A stretch of DNA of 64,000 nt from Takakia lepidozioides (lineage: Eukaryota; Plantae; Bryophyta). The notes under the pieces were generated by a model. That model saw only the letters and a list, made by a program, of their open reading frames with translations, did not search any database and was not told the DNA's origin. The stretch spans positions 81,530,001 through 81,594,000 of the forward strand of contig CM060732.1 in the NCBI GenBank assembly GCA_030704615.1, in the 5' to 3' direction. Positions 23,366-34,873 of the stretch are shown here, piece after piece. The position numbers and the translations under genes were made by a program. Positions within the stretch are counted from its first letter, which is position 1; every line of letters begins with the position of its first letter.

Positions 23366-24384
23366 TTTCCTTCTCAAATCGAGCAATGTCTAACATTATA
23401 TTTCTTGTATGAGTGAAGCATGAACCAATATCTTGCGGTGGAGCCTGAATGCTTGTCTGGAAGTATGTGTGGGCGAGAGCCTCCTCAGCAGTGCAGCGAT
23501 TTGCAGAATCAAAACAGAGCATGCGGAAGAGAAGATCGATCGCATCGGTGTCCACCTGACCTATCAAACTCGGAGCTAAAAGTCCAGCTCTCCCAGGAAG
23601 CTTCTTCAAATATTCCCGCCATGATGTAGACAGTAGCATTGACACGTCTCTCCAACGTGGTGTGCCTATTATATCAAAAATGAATTGTAACTGTTGGTGC
23701 CGCTCTGAATCAGAGTCTCTATCAGTAAACAACTCCCCTTCACGTGGGGTGGCTGGTTCGTGGCCCCTAAAAAGGCTTTGTGATTTGCCCCATACCTGAG
23801 AAAGGAGGAGCTCCCCAAAGATGCATCCCACTTACCATATGTCAAGTGCTGAAGTATACTCCCCCTCGGACATGATCACTTCGGGCGCACGATGCGTGGG
23901 AGTCGCCACGGTCTTAGTATAGTGACGCTTCCCACCATCCAACTCCTTGGGTGACCGTATGCATGGGCAAGGAGGCTCGAAAGTAGCCTCGCCCTTTGCA
24001 GCTCTAGCCCGGGATAGACCAAAATCACATATTAGGACTCGCCCTTCCTTCAAAAGTAGGTTCTCCGCCTTGATATCCCTGTGCCACACATTGCAAGAGT
24101 GCAGGTACTGAACAGTTTGCAGTACATCTTTGACGATAGATTGCACAGTAGACACTCGCATAGGCTCGACCTGCCAGGTCTCCCCCTTCCGCGAATACAG
24201 TAACTATGTAGAGGTCGGTGCGCCCCATTGTGTGCACACTGAACACCTCCTTGAAAGAGATAACCTTGGATGGGGCCAAATGTTGGAGGATACAAACCTC
24301 CCTCAACTCCTGTTTGGCCAATTGTGCGCAGTTGAACACATCCTCCACCCTCTTGATAGCCACCACTTGGTAGAGTTCAAGATC
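23365..24384 (-). pseudogene. Intronless atypical MAPK-like (CMGC) kinase pseudogene lacking the Gly-rich loop
   Basis: VAIKRVEDVF..AKQELRE, HRDIKAENLL, DFG, TKTVATPTHRAPE, DIW*VGCIFGELL, IGTP, AIDLL.RML.FD...R.TAEEALAH.YF. Frameshift at ~24165 and stop at 23832-23834. Confidence 0.85.
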
Positions 24385-24898
24385 CAAAGCTGAGTGTTCC
24401 ACTTCACACTACACAATTGAAAATGTGAACATCAGTTTGCGGGTCTTAAAACCGATAAGAAGAGCTTGGAAAATAAAGTATTCAGATGTTGAATGAAATA
24501 TAAAACGTTGTTTTTATGGGTTGTGTGAGTTATTTGCATTCACAGTAGCTGTATTCAAAGTATGTTTGTATACTGCTTAATTTCAACAAGGTTGCCCACA
24601 CAACGGGTAATTGCAATTCTTCTTTTCTTTCTGTATGTCTTTTAGTACTCATACCAAAGAAGGGAGAGAGACCAATGAAGAATTTACTGACAGGGATAAC
24701 AAAAATATCACTTCTATCTGAGTCAAAGAAAGAAAGAAACTTCGTAACGTACAACAGAGAATTAGAGTTACCAACAGCTGAGGGTTCAGATGAACCAGTG
24801 TCTGATCCGTTTGTGGGAAAGCGTTTCGCACGTAGCAAACACAAAGACACCAAGGCTATGGTAACCCCAACCAATACAACAGCTCCAGCCACCCCCGC
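24385..24898 (-). repeat. Distal end of the minus-strand TM-exon array
   Basis: Continues the unit interrupted at 34874 across the CCCGC TSD and ends 24 nt into the next TM exon. Confidence 0.9.
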
Positions 24899-25541
24899 TA
24901 TCAAGGAAGAGAACATGACTAGACACAAACAAGAGATAAAACTAGAGGTACAATGCTAGACCAGAAGCCAAGGTCGGCGTGGCCGAATGCACGATGAATA
25001 AATAGGAATCAAGACGATCTTTATAACAATGAAACAAGAGTACAAGATATTGGAACACGACTTGAATACTAGAAGTTGGGAAACTGGACTGGAGTACAAG
25101 ATACTGGAAACTGGGCTAGAGTACTGAGAATTGGACTGGAGTACTGGGAACTGGAAACAAGAGTAGCTTGAACTGGTGTTGGCGAGACTGAAGAGTGTCT
25201 AGTCTCGCCTCCTATATATACTGGCTACTAAGAAGCTTCCCCAATAAGCTTCCCCTATGGAGGTTTCTTGCTGGAGAAGTTTCCAAGATTAAACAAATGT
25301 TTCTTGATGGAGAAGCTTCCTTAAACAAAGGAGGTATCTTGATGGAGAAGTTTTCTCAAAATGAAGCTTTCTGAGTAGTTTCCCAAGTTAATCTTAGTAA
25401 TTTGGTAAACTCCCGGTAACTTGGTAAGTAATGATAAATCATGGTAGATCATGATAAATCACGGTAACTTTCGGTAACATGATATCTTGGTAACTTCTGG
25501 TATTTACTCATGGTAAGTTCTTCTGGGCTATGTCCGTGACA
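24899..25541 (-). repeat. 3' LTR
   Basis: Direct repeat of 34243-34873, adjacent to the PPT. Confidence 0.95.
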
Positions 25542-26193
25542 TCACCCCTCCTCTAGCGCCGAGTTCCTCGAGGAGCGGTAAAATCTTGGACTTGCGTAGA
25601 GTTGGAGAAAATCCAAAATCCGGCGAATGGTACTTGCCAAGTATTCGGCTCTTCGTTCTTGACTCAAATGATTTATAGGTCCCTGCAACCATCGATAGTG
25701 TCCAACACCTTGAACTTGGGACCACGCAGTGATTTGAGCATTCTGATTTTCGAAGCTGCCTTCAAACAAGATTTCGTTGCCCTCTGGGTCCGAAGCCTCA
25801 ACCTCCAACAGAATTATCAGACTTCAAGTAGGCTCCACTTGCCGTCGTACGGGGTTCAGACGAGGAAGTACGCGTCGCATTGGTGGCCCATCGTCTCAAG
25901 AGCGTCGGCGTGATGTTGAAGGTCGTGAGAGTCGGAATGGCTGATCTGGTAGCTGGATAAGCGACAACTCCAATGTATCTGGTTCCTGTGACTTCATACT
26001 GCCAATACAAGATGCAAGAGTGCTGGAAGTGTAGCTATATATACTGATGTATGGTGCTCCTCCCTCCTTAGCGTGTATCAGGTACATTGAATGTGGAGTC
26101 TTCACCTTGAAGCTAACTTGTAGCTCGGGGCTTAGCTGGATATCGTTGATGAAACTCTGGACTTTGTCAGATGCATTGGCGAGGTTGGATGAA

Positions 26194-29100
26194 TACTACA
26201 AGAGATGAGCGTTTTTAAGACTACGGCGGAGTCATAAAAACTGCACTAGGTAGATGACTACAAAGCGCTGAAATGCATTGCAGTCATAGTTTTATGACTT
26301 GTAGTAATGGATATCATTACATGACTCCGGAAAGTTAGGGAGCATTGGTCAAACATTGTTGACCATGATGACAGGGATGGTTTATATGACTAGTGTGATA
26401 TGTTTGACTACACGTGGACGACGTTTCATGGAATCTTATGACTCCATGACTGAAGATGGTTTCACAGCTCTATTTATACGACTACATCACTACACGTGTC
26501 ATTTTGAAGGCACATATAATGTAAATAAGGTTGCCCATTAGGTTTAAAAAAGTTAAAAAATTGCTAATAAGGTTGCCCATTAGGGTAATCGTGAACAGAA
26601 AGAAGGGCTGGGACTTGGCGTTTTTTTGTCTCCTGCGCCACACCACATAGCCGAGGGATGGAACGCGATGATAGCAGGATATGCAGGGGCGTGGGATGGA
26701 GGCGTTGAGCAAATAATGCACGAAGGAGAAGATGAAGAGGAGACGAGACGAGGAGAAGCGAGCTCGCCGTTCTTGGGAGAGTCAGCTTGGTCTTAGCATG
26801 CGTGTTTCAATCTCTGACTACTCAGCTACGCCGTAGTGGTTCGATCTCACAGACCAATCCGACATTACCTGACTACAGACACAAGCAGCACATGTACAAA
26901 AAGTCATTTTAGGTTGATGGTTGGTCAAATCCTCCATGGGTCAGGACAATGTGGTAGGGTACCTTCTTCTTCAACCTATTTCAGCCTGTGTTGCCCTCTC
27001 ATCAGACTCGACCGCAAGATGCATATTGAATTTTGTAAGTTAGGTCGTTGGGTAGATCTGTGGTGGTTTAGAGTGACTTTGGCAAGTTACTGCCAGTGTG
27101 GCAGCATAGAAGTATCCAAAAACATATAATAGAGGTGAGGAGAAGCTTTGGGTGAACACTTTCCGACCCCAGTCAATGGTGGGACAATGGAGACAAAAAG
27201 GCGAATGCCTGTTGGACTACAGAGAGAAGCAGATGCATTTCAGATTGTGATAAGTAGGGTTGGGGTGTTTTGGGGAAGAACTCCACACCAGTATGGTTGG
27301 GGTGTTTGCTGGTAGAATTCTAGGTTATCAAAGGCATGGATAGCTGAAGGAGCAGGGATAGAGTATTCATCCAAGAGGGCTGGATTTCAAGCTCCACATT
27401 ACCTATGATTTCATGTGGAATGATAGCTACAAGAAACCTACATGGGTAGATGGTCAACTGGAAGCGGCAGCAACAGCGGCACAATTGATAAGGTCAGGCA
27501 CGTCTACTGAAGGCACCTCCTTCAGCACATTTCACCCTGTTTTTCCCTCTTATCCGTTTCTTGCGAGCTGTATTCTCTTATCTGTTTGTCTGCCCAGTCT
27601 TCAGTGAATGCGTCAAGGCTTTGTGTTTTGGCTTCTTCCTCGTTTTTGTCACCCTCTCCCATGAATATCTCTGGTTGGCGCTCAAACCCTGCTGAGCTGT
27701 AGATGTTGTCCATGCCAATGCATTCTTCTTCACCAAATCCATGTTTTTGCCCTAAATCCTTGATGTCTTGGCTGAATTTCTACAGAATAGGCATCCCATC
27801 CCCTATTTTGGCCTTCTTTGCACTTCCCCGTATCAACATGTTGATGTGGGGTGTTGTTGTAGTCTTATTGGAGTGTGATCACTTATATGAGATATCTCGT
27901 CCAACTCATCCAGTGCCTCCAGCTCATTATGAGTGAACTGACATGATACTTGTGCTGTTGGTTGCATCATGTACTCCGTGCTTGGCAATGGGTAAGATTC
28001 TCCTCCTTCCACGTACTCATTGATCACTGCAAAAGGTACTCCATGCATCTTCCCTTGAGGTCCTACCCCTTTTTTTGCTTCTGTGATTGTTTCAGCTTTG
28101 CTGAAAATTTGCCAAGACCCATGTTGGGTTAGTGTGTGACGACTGTGTCTTATGTTATTACAGATTTTAGACAGTGTTCTTTGTTTGGGCCTTCTAATGC
28201 CTTGTTTGATGGACTCAAGTTTGTCAAAATCAACTTGTATCCACTTTGCTTCCATGTTGTTGCTGTCAGCAGCTTGTTCTTTTACCATCTGAACCCCGAT
28301 AGGGCCTGGGTCTTCCCTTCTGCCCGCATCAGAGCATTTCGCAATGTCTGTAGTTGCTTCATCCTTCCTCAACTCTGCCCTCTCTTTGGCAGGTTGCGCA
28401 CCTTCACTATCTTTGTTGTTTTTTTATTTGCACATGGTATCTGCTGCTTGCGTATCCTCATTGTAGTATTGAATATGCCCTGTAGGCATTGGCCTTACAA
28501 AGCCATTGTGCTCACTCTGGGTTTGGGTCATAGAACTTGGCTGTCATTGTCAGCTGCTAGCAGCAAGGCGAGGATGTATGCATGATTTGTACAGGGGCAT
28601 AGATAGCTGAAGGAGCAGGGATAGATGTGTGGGTCCACATTCATCCAAGAGGGCCGGATTTCAAGATCCATATTACCTATGATTCCCTGTGGAAGGATAG
28701 GTACAAGAAACCTGCATAGGTAGATGGTCAACTGGAAGCCGCAGCAGCAGCGACACAATTGATCAAATCAGGCACTGTTAATCAAGGCACCTTCTTCAAC
28801 ACATTTCATCCTGTTTTTTCCTCTTATCAAATCGGCCGTAAGTATTGCACTGTTTAACAGGGTCCTTGATTCTAGTAGCACCAGAACAAACTAGTATTTA
28901 CAACAATTCAGCCCATGTGTGGGCTTGCTTATTTTTTGCTTACTGGACCTTTTCAGGCATGGATTTTTGGACCTTGTGGCCTTGGAGGTGTCCATTGGGA
29001 CATTGGTCTCATTTGGATTTTTGTAATATAATTTACAGGGCGTGTATTTCCCTGTACTTGTCTATTTTGAATGTCCTTGTGGTTGCTAGTATGCAAGAGG

Positions 29101-29695
29101 GGTCCATTCTGTTTTTATATCAGAATTTCACCATATAATGAAGAATTTAAATCATTTAATCTATTTTAATTTTATATAAAATTATTAAATTAAACATTAA
29201 TACCATTTAATAAAAAAATTCCAACCAGTTATCCCCTGTTTTCAAAAATAAAATATAAATTTAAGAATTTAAAATTACAAATATAACTATTAAATTATTT
29301 TCAGAGACATTCTTGATGACACGCGGCATAAACCCTGCCATATATTATGTCTAAGTGCCACATATCACATCTGAAGTGCAATATGTGTCGTGACGTATCG
29401 CTTGTGCAATGGTGCACGTGTTCCTCTAAAGCCTCTCCATGTAGGCAACGCTCATCAGACAATGTAGTCATATAGTTAGTCGTATGTAAGTCATAGAGTT
29501 GTAACTACATCACTCTCTTATGCATGACTCCAGGTGCCACGCACGCAGTCACGGCTATGACTTGCAAAATGCAGTCCTAAAGACTAGTCGCTATGACAGG
29601 GTTTTTTTCACTATAGAGTGATGTAGTTATGAACGCATATAGGACTGAAAAAATAGTCATATGTGCAGTTATAAAAACGCTCATCTGTTGTAGTG
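26194..29695. mobile_element. Non-autonomous CACTA element (Pack-CACTA), 3-bp TSD GAA
   Basis: TIRs (T)ACTACAAGAGATGAGCGTTTTTA and CACTACAACAGATGAGCGTTTTTA (reverse complement, ending 29695). GAA at 26191-26193 and 29696-29698. ATGACT/AGTCAT subterminal motifs. It splits the chromodomain WEPS|SNLANA..FHQRYPAKP. Confidence 0.93.
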
Positions 29696-30391
29696 GAAGG
29701 TTCCCACATTCGTTTGCTGATGTCGTAGCTTTTCCAATGTACGAAATACTCAAGACGTTTATACTTGACGCGAGAGTCTAGGACTTCGTACTCAAGTTCT
29801 TGATTGACTTCGACTGGTGGAGGTGGTACGGAGATTCTCCCTGGAATATTCGATGGATGATACAACTCCAATAATGAAACATGAAAGACTGGATGAATGC
29901 GCATACTTCGTGGGAGTTCAAGCGAAAAACTAACCGGATTTATTTGTCGAATAATTTTGAATGGTCCCAAGCGTTGATAATCCAACTTCTTTGATGGTCA
30001 CGAGGTTTGTATGTCTCGTCGAAGAAGCCACACACAATTTTCGACCTTGAACTGGGGTTGGAGTTGGCGACGTTGATCTGCATACTCCTTGTATTGTTTT
30101 TGAGCTTCTGCGAGGTGGGATGTAAGCTCCTTGTGAATCGTATCTAGATAAGTAACAAGGTTTTCTGCAGCATGGCTTCCAACAGTCTTCATGTGGAAAG
30201 GGTTTGCTCGAGGATGATGACCATAATTGGAGAAAAATGGAGTTTGCTTGTCGAAGAATGTATAGTGTGTTGTAGGCAAACTCAGCCAAGACAGAAATTC
30301 CGTTCAATATTTCTGGTGATAATTTATCGTACAACGAAGATACTGCTCCAAAAATCTGGTTTACATGTTCGGTTTGACCATCAGTCTGTGG
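29696..30391 (-). pseudogene. Integrase C-terminus, GPF region and chromodomain of the chromovirus
   Basis: [32 protein letters not shown]...[10 protein letters not shown]...WEP. Confidence 0.9.
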
Positions 30392-30466
30392 TTTTTTGCT
30401 CGGTTATTTGAATGCGTGACCTCCGCCGGTTCCTAACTGGACCGGTTACTTCATTTTTTCACCTCC

Positions 30467-32318
30467 GCAAAGTCACAATCAAGAATCATTATCCGTTGCC
30501 GCTGATTTCTGAGCTTCTCGACCAGCTGGAACGAGCGAAGATTTTCACCAAAATCGACTTGAGATGAGCCTATAACCTTGTACGGTTAAAAGAATGAGAC
30601 GTATGAAAAATAGCTTTTCGACCAAGGTATGGACATTTTGAATACAGTGTTATGCCTTTCGGTCTTACCATGCTCCAGCAATTTTCCAACAATATGATGA
30701 ATGACATCTTTTGAGAATTTTTAGATGACTTTGTAGTCATCTATTTGGACGACATTTTGATATTTTCACAGAATGAAGAACATGGTCGTCATGTACGCCT
30801 TGTCCTTGATAAATTAAATAAAGAGGACTATATGCCAAGTTGTAGAAATGTCTTTTCCATGAATCTGAGTTCGAATTTCTGGGCTACATTATTTCCGACA
30901 AATGCGTCTTTATGGATCAGAAAAAAATACAAACCATCATTGAGTGGATTAAACCAACTTCGATCCGAGATGTACAATGTTTTCTGGGCTTTGCAAATTT
31001 CTATAGAATCTTCATTAATGACTACTTCAAAATTGCTGCACCGTTGACACGACTCACAGGGAATGACAAATTTGTATGGGACGAGAAGGCTAACCAGACA
31101 TTTGAAAGGCTGAAACAGACATTTACAATGACTCCAATACTGGTACATGCAGACCCATCTAAACCATTCTTCTTAGAAGCAGATGCATCGGACTTTGCAC
31201 TTGGCACGGTATTCTCGCAATACGGTACAGATGGCCGACTCCACCCTGTTGGTTTTCGTTCTCGCAAATTTTCCGCTGCGGAGATCAATTATGAAATCCA
31301 TGACAAAGAACTTCTAGCGATTATCGATGCTTTTGAGGAGTGACGACATCTATTGGAGGGAGCTAAACATCAGGTCGCTGTCTATACCGATCACAAAAAC
31401 CTCGAATATTTTATGAGTGCTCGTGTTTTGAATCGACGTCAACCGAGGTGGAGTATGTCACTAGCAAGGTTTAATTTTATTATTATCTACCGTCCCGGAC
31501 ATCTTCAAGGAAAACCAGATGCTCTTTCTCGACGATCGTATCTTGCGCCAAAAGAAGATGATGCAGTTTTTGACCAACAAAAATCCATTATCTTGAAACC
31601 AACAAATCTCCAATTGAATATGCTATCCATATCCACCTATGACGATGCAAAGATCATAAAAGAGATTCAGTAAGCACTGAAGAGCGACCATTTTGCTACG
31701 ACATTACGAAGTCAACTAAATCAATTTCGAGACAACCCACATGTTACAAACGACTTCGAATTCAAATATGACTTACTTTACTTCAAGGGACTTCTCTATG
31801 TATCTCCAGGACCTACACGACTTCGAATTCTTCAAACATGTCATGATCTTCCGGCTGCAGGACATTTCGGCTTCAACAAAACATTAGAGTTGATATCCAG
31901 GGACTATTGGTGGCCACAGATGTGGAAACTCGTGAAAGAATTCATAAAAATTGTGACACGTGTGCTAGAGCGAAGGGACCACGACATCGACTTTACGGCT
32001 TTCTTCAACCATTATCTATTCCCGAGGGTCCATGGTCGTCCGTGTCTATGGACTTTATTACGGACTTTCCAATTTCCAAGACCACCGATTCAATCTTTGT
32101 TATTGTAGATCGTTTTACGAAGATGACACATTTCATTCCATGTAATAAGACGGTTATCGGCGAGAAAACTGCAAGACTCTTCCTCAATAATATCTACCGC
32201 ATTCATGGACTCCCAAAGGACATCGTATCTAATCGAGGACCACAGTTCATATCAAATTTCTGGAGGGGATTATTTCACATATTGGATACTAAGATCAACC
32301 TCTTTACAGCCAATCATC
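30467..32318 (+). pseudogene. Inverted RT / RNase H / integrase segment of the chromovirus pol
   Basis: [59 protein letters not shown] region, SMDFIT, HGLP. Contains stops and frameshifts. Confidence 0.92.
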
Positions 32319-34183
32319 GAGACCGCGATAGTCGACACACATGCGTAATGATCCGTCCTTCTTTTTCACAAACAAGATAGGCGCCCCCGCGGGTAATTTG
32401 GAATGTCGGATGAACTGCTTCGACAAATTTTCATCAATGTATTCACGTAATGCTAACTCCGTCTGGGATAAGTTATAGATTGGGCCGAATGGTGGTTGGG
32501 CTCTTTCTTGTAGCTCAATTACACAGTCATGAGGTCGATGTTCTGGCAACATGTCTGCATTTTTCTTCTCGAAGACATCTTTGAAATCTTGATATTGAGC
32601 GGGTAATGTTGAAGTACATTTGTCTGTTGTGGTCTTGATCGGAGTCGCATAAAGTGCAAATGTCGTCTCTTTTTTTGTAGCTCTCATGAAAGCTCTAGCT
32701 CCAAGGAATAGGGGTTGAATACCTTTGATATTTCTACATTTTTGTCTTGTAGAAAATTTTCGCGATCGCCAGTCGATATCGGGATTGTGAAGTACGAACC
32801 AGGGAAGTCCAAGGATCACATGATTCGTTGGAGACTGGATGACATTGAAAACAATATGTGATGCTTGATCTTTAAGCTTCACTTCAAGTGGTCGAGTTTC
32901 ATGGTCCATATTTCCTGATACTAACGGTCGTCCATCGATGACTTCAATGGGGGCCGAGAGTTTCTTCTTTACGAGCGTTAAATTGTGTTGCTTCGCAAAG
33001 TTTTTGTCCATAAAACAAGCTGAAGCTCCCGAGTCCAAAAGTGTTTCTACAACGATATCTCGATTTTGCACTCTGATTTTTACCGGAACTGTGAAGCAAG
33101 GTGCAGGGTCTGGAGGTAGAAAGAGACTTTTTTTCGGTAAGGAATTTGTGGTGTCCAGCCGCATGGTCCCTACTGTGACTGGACATCGTCGTTTTCCGAC
33201 CTCCTCGTATCGAACATTGTTGTGCCCCGAGCTTTGAATCTTCTCTTGTTGGGGCAGTTTAATGTTATGTGATCTTATTCTCCGCAATAGAGGCATAATC
33301 CATTCGAGCGCCGTCTTTGTTTTTCTTGTGGCGTCAATGGTTTGAATCGGACAACATCAATCTGCATAGGATCACTACTGGATGTCTGATGGATCGTTGT
33401 ATTTGGTGTCATAGTAGCAGTGACATGATGCGTCATCGACCATCCAGATCGCTTCTCTTGACGTCTTTCGAACAAACGATTATCGCATGCAATGACTTGG
33501 GTGATGAATTCACTCAATGTGCTCATGTTTGGCATTGTCAGCAACAAATCTTTTACATCATCTTTTAGTCCATATCGAAACTGACTAATGAGGCTCTTCT
33601 CATTCCAGTCGAGGTCGCACGCAAGTTGTCGAAATTCGGCAGCATAAACGGAAGCAGGACGTGCTCCTTGTCGAAGATTTCGCATCTTTGTTTCTGCAAC
33701 TCTCTCTCTATCATTTTCTCCAAACGTGTAGTAAACTCGGACATGAATGCTTCAAAATTATATAGTAAATACGAATTTTTTTCTAATAGCGGTGCAAACC
33801 AAGATAAGGCAGTGCCTAATAGAAGGGTGCCCACGAATCCCACTTGAATACCTTCATCGGGGTAGCGTTGTGGATATAGTCGTAGGAACAGTCGTGCTTG
33901 TTGAACAAAACCGCGAAATCTTGATCTCGTCCCATCAAATTTCTCGGGCATACTGATCTTTGGTTCTCTCGTAATATGTTGAAGAGGAACCGTTGCAGTA
34001 GGAGCTATTGCAGTAGGGACTCGTATGATTGAAGATCCATTGTTCGACTCCTTTAACTCTGAAATTTATTGTTGCAAATTGTGGAGAGCGTTGTCAAGAT
34101 CTTGAGACTGATCAGCTTGCAATTGGACGGTAGATGTTCGAAGTTCTTGCATCTAGAGCTGAAGACTCTGCAATGTGGTGACC
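32319..34183 (-). pseudogene. gag, protease and RT N-terminus of the chromovirus
   Basis: PEKFDG, PMQID, CLYCGE* zinc knuckle, LLDSGAS, ILGLPW, KKDGSLRMCVDYRGL. Confidence 0.9.
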
Positions 34184-34229
34184 ATTTTTGCAAATGTGTC
34201 TTCCATCTTAACTAAAAAGAACAAATTTT

Positions 34230-34240
34230 AGTCTCGCCAA
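34230..34240 (-). promoter_or_regulatory. Primer-binding site TTGGCGAGACT (self-priming type)
   Basis: Lies 2 nt inside the 5' LTR end and is the exact complement of LTR positions 34512-34502. Confidence 0.8.
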
Positions 34241-34242
34241 AC

Positions 34243-34873
34243 TGTCAAGGATGAGAACATGACTGAACACAAACAAGAGATAAAACTAGAGATACAATGT
34301 TAGACAAGAAGTCAAGGTCGGCGTGGCCGAATGCACGATGAGTAAATAGGAATCAAGACGATCTTTATAACAATGAACAAGAGTACAAGTTATTGGAACA
34401 CGACTTGAATACTGGAATGCTGGAAACTGGACTGGAGTACCAGATACTGGAAACTGGGCTAGAGTACTGGGAACTGAAAACAAGAGTAGCTTGAACTGGT
34501 GTTGGCGAGACTGAAGAGTGTCCAGTCTCGCCTCTTATATATACTGACTACTAAGAAGCTTCCCCAAGAAGCTTCCCCTATGGAGGTTTCTTGCTGGAGA
34601 AGTTTCCAAGATTAAACAAAGGTTTCTTGATGGAGAAGCTTTCTTAAACAAAGGAGGTATCTTGATGCAGAAGTTTCCTCCGAAGGAAGCTTTCTGAGTA
34701 GTTTCTCAAGTTACTCTTGGTAATTTGGTAAACTCCCGGTAACTTGTAAATAATGGTAAATCATGGTAGGTCATAATAAATCACGGTAAGTCATGGTGAC
34801 TTCCGGTAACATGGTAACTTGATAACTTCTGGTATTTACTACTGTTAAGATCTTCTGGGCTATGTCCGTGACA
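34243..34873 (-). repeat. 5' LTR
   Basis: TG...CA termini, TATA box at 34543-34535 on the minus strand, upstream of PBS and gag. Confidence 0.95.

Larger units (their letters stand above)
24899..34873 (-). mobile_element. Ty3/gypsy chromovirus LTR retrotransposon, decayed, 5-bp TSD CCCGC
   Basis: LTRs at 34243-34873 and 24899-25541 (TGTCA...TGACA; one terminus mutated to TA). TSD at 24894-24898 and 34874-34878. PPT AGAGGAGGGGTGA at 25554-25542. Contains gag, protease, RT, RNase H, integrase and chromodomain. Confidence 0.96.

Noticed and set aside
22890-23393. Pro/Arg/Gly-rich ORFs (167 aa +, 129 aa -)
   Set aside because: These are by-products of a stop-poor GC-rich island, with no recognisable domain.
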